Source: Eledone cirrhosa
Taxonomy: Eukaryota
NCBI GenBank assembly: GCA_964016885.1
Contig: OZ024749.1
Span: 51,522,001 to 51,586,000, forward strand
DNA: 64,000 nucleotides
Direction of reading: 5' to 3'
Shown piece by piece: positions 12,147 to 21,151 of this stretch (positions within the stretch are counted from its first letter, which is position 1; each line of letters starts with the position of its first letter). Below the pieces are notes generated by a model, which was given only the letters and a program-made list of their open reading frames with translations, did not search any database and had not been told where the DNA came from. The translations under genes were made by a program, and so were the position numbers.

Positions 12147-12639
12147 TATGAAACTCTTTTAACCATCTTTTAATTTCTTCTTTATTATATATAGTCTAGT
12201 TCTACCAACTGCTGAGTGCTACTTACCTGATATATGCATAGTTTTATTGTTCTACAATATTACTCACCTTCTACATATTATATATATATATATAACTAAG
12301 GAAGTGTGGTAAGGAATCAGGTGGACCATAACGCACTCAATACTTTGGGTAGTAGAGTGTTTAATAGGAAAATGTTCAAGACCCCGACGGCAGAGCTCTT
12401 GAACATTTTCCTATATATATATATTATAAAGTGAAATGACAGGAGGCCAAATATATTATACAAACACTTATACAGATCCTGTAGCTGTTGACTAGCTTGA
12501 CAATTAAGACCATCTCTAACATGTTTCTATGGAAGGTTGTGAGCCCTACAGTGGCTTTTGAAGCCTGATAGGGACTTCCGTGTTTTGTTGTATAAAATAT
12601 ATTGATGTTTACTCCTTCCATCATTTTGGCTCTTCAGGC

Positions 12640-13130
12640 TGATCTGTAGCATGATTATATATGCTTGACTACCTTGTAAATCCTGACTTATTTAACATTT
12701 TCTCTGCCACATGTACCACATGTTAAATTGACTGCAAGGAATTGGTCATATTCGACCTCCTGTGGCATTTCTGCATGTTTACGTAAACAACTTGTATAAC
12801 CAGCTTTTGACAGATATATTCGACCACATACATTGCATAAAGAGGTACAGAAGGTTCTACATGTCGTTGACCATTCTTAACTGGTGGACCATGTTTTTAT
12901 CTAATACCAAGACCTCCCAGTGAGATGGGTCACTTTTGCATTGTGTTATGAAAGCTTTCACAGTCCACGAGACACAGCTTTGGTTTGTGTTGTGGTCTTG
13001 CTTTGGGATTCCGCTATCATCAGATCTAACAATGTGGCCTACCTACCGGGGTCAGTACTTGTGGATGTGAGATCATTACTAATTGTACCAACATTCTGTA
13101 ATATTTCAGTGTCTACAGTGTGTGTAACTA
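12640..13130 (-). mobile_element. Decayed RTE-type LINE 3' end with C-terminal C2H2 fingers
   Basis: Minus-strand remnants DTEILQ..GHIVRSDDSGIPKQ..RPQHKPK..SHWEVLVLD..CNVCGRIYLSKAGYTSCLRKH..TCGTCGR, with stops and frameshifts. Confidence 0.65.
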
Positions 13131-13526
13131 ACACGACCTCCGACATTCTCGCATTCGACTTTTTTTCTACCGAACACAGAAGCGGAGCGATGGAGTGATA
13201 GATTTTCAGTGCTTTCAGCGAATTTTACTTTTAAAAATCGTTGAACATTATTCGTATTTTTTTATTTTTTGTTTTTTTAGTTAACCGTGCCTCACAACAA
13301 ATGTTACAAGCTTGGAGTGGCGAGAACCTAACCTTAATTAAACGACAGAGGTGCTTATCTGAAACTCCCTTAGTTTTCGAGAAAAAGAGTGAATTGCAAG
13401 AATATCTGAGATCAGATTAGTTGAAAAGACACGGAAAAAAAGATTTCTTAGCGAACCCCCAGCAGGTGCTTTCAATAAATTTACCCCAAAAAAACCCTAT
13501 ATTTCATCTCCAGTACGAGGTGTAAT

Positions 13527-13683
13527 CAGGGCCGTTTTAACATTATAGGCCCCCGGGCAAAGCAGAGCACTGGGGCCCCTACCTACACAACCACTCACAG
13601 GAATAAAAATACAAATGGGCCCCCTATCCTCGTGGGGAGCCCCGGGCAACTGACCAGCGTGCCCATGCGTTAAGACGGCCCTG
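13527..13683. mobile_element. hAT-superfamily MITE, 157 bp, with perfect 8-bp TSD
   Basis: TIRs CAGGGCCGTTTTAAC / GTTAAGACGGCCCTG; identical flanking GGTGTAAT at 13519-13526 and 13684-13691. Confidence 0.92.
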
Positions 13684-14431
13684 GGTGTAATCGCAAAAAG
13701 AAATTCACAATTTCTTTTCCATCTTTGCCACCCAACAATTAATGATTCTTAAGCGATTGTGTGAAAAGCAATGATATTCATTAATTGCTAATTTATTAGC
13801 AATATTTCTAGAGTTGCTAAAAATAATACAAAACAAACGAATTCTCAAAATATGTCCACCTGTACCTGTCAAGGTGTTATAAAGGTGTGGTTAAGCAATC
13901 TCAGTCAATCAACAAAAAGTTGTTTCGTTGTTGTGTTATCAAAATAATGGCCGAAAAGTGAAAATAAAAAGAGATTATAAAAAAAAACACGGAAATTAAT
14001 TAAAAAGAATATAAGTTTGTTTCTGTTGTTATAATTTTTTGTTTGCATTTTAAGAATCTAAATGTCAAAATCATTATTACACCTGTCACACATCGTTTAA
14101 GGTAAGATAGACACGGAAATAAAAACAAGAATTACAAAGGAATTTACCAAAAAATATAATATTTAAAGTAAAAACAAAAACAAGGTAATAAAAAGACAAA
14201 TCTGCTAATCGATAGGGTGAGGTGAGGTTATTATAAAGTATACATGGAAAGGGTTCTAGTGACATTCTTTTCTTACAAACCATTCGTTAGAAATATTTTT
14301 TTTAATATATATTTTATATATTATTAAAGTGAAACCAAATTGGTTCGAGATTTTTTTTTTTAGTTGATGAAAAAACACAAAAAACTGAGAATATTTTTTT
14401 TAAATATTTAGAAGTTTTTAAAGGTAGATTA

Positions 14432-15349
14432 TTAACGGCGTTTAGTTCCACCGAATCCAGAAGCAGTCCGTGAACCACCAGAACTGTTGCTACTTGAGAA
14501 ACCAGAGTAAGAACTTGTTGGAGAACCAAACCAGTCTCTTTGGTAACCGTCGTTGTAATAGCTGTTCGGTCGGTTACCATAACCGCCCCTGTTTCCAAAA
14601 AGGTAGCCGAGAAAAGCGCCAGATGCTAGACCACTGAAGAATCCTGGCTGTCCATTGTTGTTGTTAGATGTTGCACTATATGGTGGAGGAGGGGCCGAAC
14701 TTTGTCCGGAACAATAATCAGATCTGAATCCGTATGGTGGCGGTGGGTCGTTTGTATAAGGTCCAGTTCCGCCGTGTGTGGTTCCTCCTGCTCCGGTAAA
14801 AGATGATAATGGATCGGTAGGTGTAGCAAAGCAAGTGCGATACACGAAGAAGACAATCATAATAACAAACAGGAATCCAAAAACAGAGCTAAAACCAAAG
14901 CCGCCATGATCACTTTTCGTTGCGTAAGAATTTCCCCAATAACTTCCAGTGTTTTTCTCATTTACGTAGTCGATATCATATTCCAGGCCACAAGAACCAG
15001 CTAAAATATAAGTATCATCAGCATATTCGTAGCCTTCACATGATACCACAATCTGCCCAAAACGGTATCTTTTATCCATGTCTGTTTTACATTCCCACTG
15101 AACATCGTAGCCATCCCAACCTCTGTTATAACACTGGACAGTTTGAGGCTTGAAAACCCGACAACCAGCTGACCCTCCAGTACATTTTAACTGGGGAACT
15201 GCTGAAGATCTTCGAGCATTAGTCATTTGTCCATGATTTAAAGTTATCACATTGACATCCTGCAATAAAACTTTCCTTCCTTCAGTGCCATGCCATAATG
15301 TCAAAAGTAGAAAACAAAAGATAACGACACTTTTATAAACTTGTGTCAT
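14432..15349 (-). CDS. SARAF: Store-operated calcium entry-associated regulatory factor (TMEM66), intronless CDS, 305 aa
   Basis: Signal peptide; luminal Cys-rich domain (VLLQDV..RRSSAVPQLKCTGGSAGC..VQCYNRGWDGYDVQWEC..VSCEGYEY..ILAGSCGLEY); one TM helix; two PPPPY motifs; conserved C-terminus SRTASGFGGTKRR. Confidence 0.96.
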   Translation of the reverse strand: MTQVYKSVVIFCFLLLTLWHGTEGRKVLLQDVNVITLNHGQMTNARRSSAVPQLKCTGGSAGCRVFKPQTVQCYNRGWDGYDVQWECKTDMDKRYRFGQIVVSCEGYEYADDTYILAGSCGLEYDIDYVNEKNTGSYWGNSYATKSDHGGFGFSSVFGFLFVIMIVFFVYRTCFATPTDPLSSFTGAGGTTHGGTGPYTNDPPPPYGFRSDYCSGQSSAPPPPYSATSNNNNGQPGFFSGLASGAFLGYLFGNRGGYGNRPNSYYNDGYQRDWFGSPTSSYSGFSSSNSSGGSRTASGFGGTKRR

Positions 15350-15401
15350 CTTGAGTTAGGAACACACTTGTAACTTGGACAAGACGCTCACTTAAAAAAT
15401 T

Positions 15402-15697
15402 ACTTCCGGAAAAACAATGGGAGATAATTTATAGGTGTCTTATTTTTTCTCCTTCTCCTGAACTTAAACGATGTGTATAAAATGTAGAAATAAATGTCCA
15501 ATTAATCGTTCAAAACCTTTATAAATAACGTGTAATGATTTTTTTAGGGAGTATAAAAATGTAGGTGTGTATGTGTGTTATTTTTTGTTTGTTACTTTAT
15601 AGATATAAATAGATAAATGTTATATGAATGAAAGAATGAGTGTTATTCAAAATGACGTCATCAAAGAATTTCGTCATGTTAAGTTAGAAGCCACGTA
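15402..15697 (-). promoter_or_regulatory. SARAF proximal promoter motifs (ETS, GGGAGATAA, CRE)
   Basis: CCGGAAGT (ETS) on minus at 15402-15409, GGGAGATAATT at 15419-15429, perfect palindromic CRE TGACGTCA at 15653-15660, GCCACGTA near 15690; all within 350 bp of the ATG. Confidence 0.5.
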
Positions 15698-16855
15698 ACG
15701 GTTAGTTGTTGGCTAGATGGGAGTGTATTGTCTGACTTTAGTAAAATACCCAGAAAGACATTAGAATAATAATGAAATATCTTGTCAGTTATAAATTTAG
15801 ATTTTACAGTGATAAATATAGTTCTTTTATTACGTTTTTTTTTTCTTTTAAGGGTTTATAAATAGATATAGTAAATATCTCAAAATAGACTTAGTGCTGA
15901 AGTAATGAGGGGCTTTGTGTATTGTATTATATTTATAAGGTTCCTGGCAATAATTAATCGATTATATATATATATATATATATGTGTTTTTCTATCTGAT
16001 ATAAATGTAATAAAATTTGGTGTATTTGAATTTCAAGCTAGAGGAAATGTTTTGTTTTGTTTTATATTTATATAGTTATTCGAGTTTATTTACATATAAT
16101 AACAATTTATATAATAAATAAGATTTACAAAAGAAAGAAATCAATAAAATATAGTGGACGGAAAAAAGTATTTGTTAAACAGCTGGACGTATAATGATAA
16201 CGTTTTCAAAAAAGCGTTCTATAGTTATATACATATATATGTTAAATTTGTGTGTGTGTGTGTGTGTGTATATTATATATATATATATATAATAAGTATA
16301 TTTTTTAAGAATACAATTGACAAAAAGAAACATTTTTAAATTGACAATTTATCTACCAATTTTGATTTTTTTAACGTTTCGTTGTCCACCTAAACAATTC
16401 CGCTTTTTATACTTTCCCTTCCCTTGGTTTCGTTTGGTTTCTATCTTCCTTATAAATCTTTGAAAGTTTACTTTTAGTCTTTTGCCGCTGTTTAAAAGTC
16501 ATTTCCCTAATTTGATTCCATCTTATATAAATCGTTTTTAGAAAGGCAAGATGGCTTGATCTTTTAAGCATTTGTTAACTGAATATTTTAAAAGAAATTC
16601 TGAATATTCCCTAAATATTGCCCTAGATCAATAATTTCCACAATAACTATCCCTTTTTTTTAAACTTAAAAGACTACATTATCCAATGCGTCCTTTATTT
16701 TAGGCGCTGCGATGTAGTTTAGGTGAAATTTGGCTGCTGTTTCTAGCATATCTAATGGTCACATGGAAGCGCTATTGTAGGTTAGCATCAAGCGGAAGTA
16801 TGAGAAAAATAGAAATTGTTAGATGTCAAGCGAAACTCAAAATCTGACCTAGAGC

Positions 16856-16858
<3 letters not shown>

Positions 16859-16941
<83 letters not shown>
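16859..16941. repeat. (TA)n microsatellite (representative; many others, e.g. 30791-30860, 29433-29490, 27575-27705)
   Basis: Direct inspection; explains the YIYIYI ORFs. Confidence 0.97.
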
Positions 16942-16945
<4 letters not shown>

Positions 16946-17246
16946 ATGTAGTTGACAGCCGAGAGAAAAGAGTACTCAATACCGAAGAAGAGTTTAAATA
17001 TTCATTTTTATTAATGATAAATAATTGTTTCTACTTTTGGCACAAAGCCAGCAATTAATCAGTACATTACTGGTACTTTATTTTATCGACCCCGTAAGGA
17101 TGAAAGGCAAAGTTAACCTCGGCGGAATATAATGAGTCTTATTACTCTGGAATAATTATTCAACAGAGTACTCAATACTTGGGGTAGAGTATGGTTATAT
17201 TGTAAAGAGTTGGGGCCCTGACGGCCGAGCTCTTCTAACTATATAT

Positions 17247-17298
<52 letters not shown>

Positions 17299-18339
17299 AA
17301 GTGTGCTAACAGCCAAAGTGTATGATAAAGTTATATCTGTATAAATACAGAGTATATAACTTAGACTGTATCAACGTGTATAAATATATACACAAACCTA
17401 ATATGTAGACATGTAAACATACCAGATAATACGAATTTCCCTGTAAATTGAAAAAATGATAAGCATCTTAATCGATGTTCTGACCTAATTGGACCTTCGT
17501 CAAAAGGAAACGTATTTGATAGGTATATATACCCATTCACTCTTGGAAGGATTATCTCCCATGGCGTCTTGTGTAATGCTTTGCATACACACACTAACAA
17601 ATGTGTTGAGAGGAATGAAACGTTATATGAATAGTCATGGGTTGAAGTCATGCCTATTATATCTTTTATTATATGAGGATTTACTAAAATTGTAACATAA
17701 TAAAATGTTCTTATATAAAATTATGTTAGAAAGTTTTAATTCAAGTAGGAACCTTTTAAAATGGGTTCAGAGATTAGAGGTAAAATTTTATATATATTTG
17801 TATGTTGGTTGTGCTGGTGACACGACAAAAAAGCACCCAATCCACCCAGTAAAGTGGTTGAGTTGGTAACACAACAAAAAGCACCGAGTCCACCCAGCAA
17901 GGTGATCATGCTGGTGACATGATGCAAAAGTCCAAATTGTCAATTTGTTATTTTGATACAATAAAAAGCATCCCGTCCATTGTCATTAGGAAAGGCATCA
18001 AGCCATAGAAACAAAGCTGGAAACAGTTTTGTATGAACAAGACATAGTCACCTTATCTGACTTGTCTCACAACAAGACAACTCGTCTAATCCATGCTAGT
18101 GTGGAAAATGATCATTAAACAATGATAATGTGTATACTGTGTTTGTATTGTGAATTCTTTTGTGATTTAAATATTTACCATATATATATATATATATATA
18201 TATATTTATTAAAATAACAGATATATATATATATATTTATCCTTATCGAGCCCTCTTTGGATTTTAGTCTTCAAATGTATTATTATTACTATATATATAT
18301 ATATACATAGAAGTAGTTCCACAACAGTGAGTTCATCAT

Positions 18340-18382
18340 ACCCAAAACAAATGTTTCACCTTCTTTGGATCCTCAGCTCGGT
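18340..18382 (-). ncRNA. Partly decayed hammerhead motif (HHR-F), inverted partner of HHR-E
   Basis: Minus: ACCGAG-CUGAGGA-UCCAAAGAAGGU-GAAA-CAUUUG-UU-UUGGGU; core intact, stem I has one mismatch and one GU. Confidence 0.5.
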
Positions 18383-18383
18383 C

Positions 18384-18428
18384 TACCAAGCTGAGGATCC
18401 GAATAAGGTGAAACATTTGTCCTTGGTA
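18384..18428 (+). ncRNA. Minimal type-I hammerhead ribozyme motif (HHR-E)
   Basis: UACCAAG-CUGAGGA-UCCGAAUAAGGU-GAAA-CAUUUG-UC^-CUUGGUA; perfect 7-bp stem I, canonical GUC site after 18421; weak stem II. Confidence 0.68.
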
Positions 18429-19305
18429 TAGTGAACTAACTGTTGTGGAACTACTTCTACCAAACTCGTCCCATCGACTGAATGCTCTACTACTACGGAC
18501 ATAACCCACCAGTGTTCTACTATTATATATATATAGGACTTTTATTTTCTCAGTTTAATCAACAAACTAGTCTGGTAACAAATTGAAAATAAAATATTTT
18601 ATTTACAGTGTTGTAGAATTAAGAAAAAAGAAAATAAGAAACAAAAAATACATTTAAAAGACTGTCCCTTGGAAATCTTTAACTGAGGCCACTCTGTTAC
18701 AAACATTCAGACTTGATCTCTAATTATATATATATGTAGAGAGAAAGAGACAAACGGGGAGATATTTTCCTTCATCCCACCAGTTTCAGAGGCCCTAAAA
18801 ATTGTTACAGGCACAGCCTTCCCTCCTTGATACAGTAAATAAAATACTGTGCTGATTGATACCCATCTTTCCATTCAGTCAGTTTATATGATCCATTGTT
18901 AGACTATATTATTTAGTCAAAATATTACTGCAAAGCTTCTATTTTAATTCCAAACTTTGCTCACAAAGTTCCAAACATACTTCCTTTGTTTATAATCTTT
19001 GCCATTTACTTATATTTTAACCCTTTAGCATTTACATTACTCGATATTTACTATTGTATTTTCTCATAATAATATCGAGTCTACGACTTTTGATGATGTT
19101 ATTGTTTATTTTAAGAATGATATCTTGATGTCGGTGTGAGCTGCTGGTTACGGCTGGTTTGAGAAAAGGGGAAAGAAGTCTGGCTGGATACAGCCGGTTT
19201 AAATGCTAAAGCGTTAAAGAAAACTTATCACTTGAGAAACAGCAGTTAGTCCAACGAGAGAAGATTGACATGATTTTGTTGATATTAGTTGAGTCAGCAG
19301 AGACA

Positions 19306-19705
19306 CAGGGCTGGACTTTCATCTAAGCTATATGAAATTTGAGGCCCTTCTCTAAAAAAATATAATTATTTTTTTATATCAATGTTAATGATAAAGAATA
19401 AATACTGTATTTACCGACCTATTTAAAACTACAATTATCCCCATCCTCCGTTCAGCCTCCTATTAGTAATACGGGCATATTGGATACTGGGAAGATTTTT
19501 TATGTTTTGGGGAAAAAAGTTCATCCAATAGGCCAGCAAATACAGTAATATATATATATATATATATATATATAGTTTGATGACTTAGAATTAAAGAATA
19601 AAAACTAATGATAAAAGAAAAAGATATTTTTAAAAATTAGGACCCCATGGGTGTGTGGCCAGCCCTAACTATAACTTATTTAGCTTATAAGTAAGTCCAG
19701 CACTG
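19306..19705. mobile_element. Old hAT-like MITE with nested Tc1/mariner-type MITE (19405-19545)
   Basis: Outer TIRs CAGGGCTGGACTT / AAGTCCAGCACTG (TSD decayed); inner TA|CTGTATTTACCGACCTATT..AATAGGCCAGCAAATACAG|TA. Confidence 0.65.
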
Positions 19706-19839
19706 GGAGGGACACAACATATATAATCTCAGTGAAAGAAATGTAAAGATTTGTACATGGACGGAATATTCTAGAATGATAATTCCAGTTTACAAAATAA
19801 TCTTACTTATCCCATAGTTTCTATTTCCATGGTTGGTGT

Positions 19840-21109
19840 TCAATATGGAGCAGCTCTGAAAGAAATCAAAATATATTAGGATCAACGCTGTGAAGTGGTT
19901 GGTGATAAGAAGGATATCTAGCTGTAGAAAGCTTGCCTAACAAAGACCCCTTCAATCATGTCAAAGACATGACAGCTTCCCTTGTGTTGGTAATCTACAT
20001 CATAAAAGCACCCTGTACACACTGTAAAGTGGCTGGTGTTAGGAAGGGCATCCAGCCATAGAAAGCTTGTCAAACAAAGGGTCGGAAGGACCCTTCAATT
20101 TGTGTCAAAAGAAATGACAACTTCTCCTCTGAACTTGGTAGAACGTATGACCATGCATAAGCAAGGCGCAGGGAGGTCAGTAGCTCTGCTTCAGTATTGA
20201 CTTGAGACACATGAGGTAGACAATCAATGGTGTTACAGTCGGTTTGAACTGAAAGAGGTGAGAGAATTCTGGCTGGATACGGCTGGTTCAAATGTTAGAG
20301 GGTTAAGGAGAGTTTTTTAACAATCAATGTTGTCTTACCTTGCAAATGTAATGATGAACAGAAGCGCAAAAATAAATTCTGCTCCAATAAATGTTATTTC
20401 AATCGCTGCCAAAATAATTTCCAAACGTAGGACATAGGACTGCCAGAAAGTGAGATAAAGTGAAATACACAATGAAGGTATACTCAAGAAGATGCTCATT
20501 GCCACTCCATTGATGCGTTCAGTAAGGTTACCTTTTTTACCTGCAATGAAATATTTTTAAAATATTAAAAATAAATAAACAATTTACACACAGCCGGACT
20601 GTGTAGTCATTATCGTTGCCCTCATCATTATCACAACCACTGCCACCATTTTATGTCTATTTCCCATGCTTGGGGTGCAGCCAAAACACCACACTACTTA
20701 GATATGGAGTCTGTCACCCTCCTCTCTCTCTCTTCCCGCTTTCTTTCATTGCTTAACAATCCTAGCCCTTTCCCTCTCATTTAAGCACTCCACGTCAATA
20801 TGTCAATGTGTTTTCGGAAATTTACTTCAATGGCTGAAAAGTGATGTCATTCTCTGTTTTCTGTTGGAAGTAGAGAATCAGGGAAAGAGGAAATACAGAA
20901 TGAAAATATTTAAGTCTTACCAAAGAAAATTCGGAAATGTTCTACAAGCAGAAAAACAAAAACCAGCATTACTTCAAGTGGCAAGACTCCAGGAGGAAAA
21001 GGTAGCGTTCCAGCTATGTTAGAAAGAAATATTTATATTGTATATTTACTCCACTAAACTGTTGAGTGCTTTATATCAGTATAAAAATGTTTTAATTAAA
21101 TATAACCTC

Positions 21110-21151
<42 letters not shown>

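Larger units (their letters stand above)
11868..12192. repeat. ~325-bp near-perfect palindrome (inverted Penelope-like terminal repeats)
   Basis: Arms ~11868-12015 and ~12032-12192 are reverse complements (ataataaagaagaaattaaaag..gtttacaggaaagtg / cactttcctgtaaac..taatttcttctttattat), flanked by (TA)n; each arm carries a hammerhead motif. Confidence 0.9.
18308..18459. repeat. ~150-bp palindrome of the same family as 11690-11767
   Basis: tagaagtagttccacaacag..cctcagct / agctgagg..ctgttgtggaactacttcta; begins next to (TA)n; shares the tail ctctactactacgga..ccagtgttctactattatata with 11821-11870. Confidence 0.85.

Noticed and set aside
12640-12850. C2H2 zinc-finger gene
   Set aside because: Fingers are frameshifted and follow RTE C-terminal motifs, so they belong to a LINE remnant.
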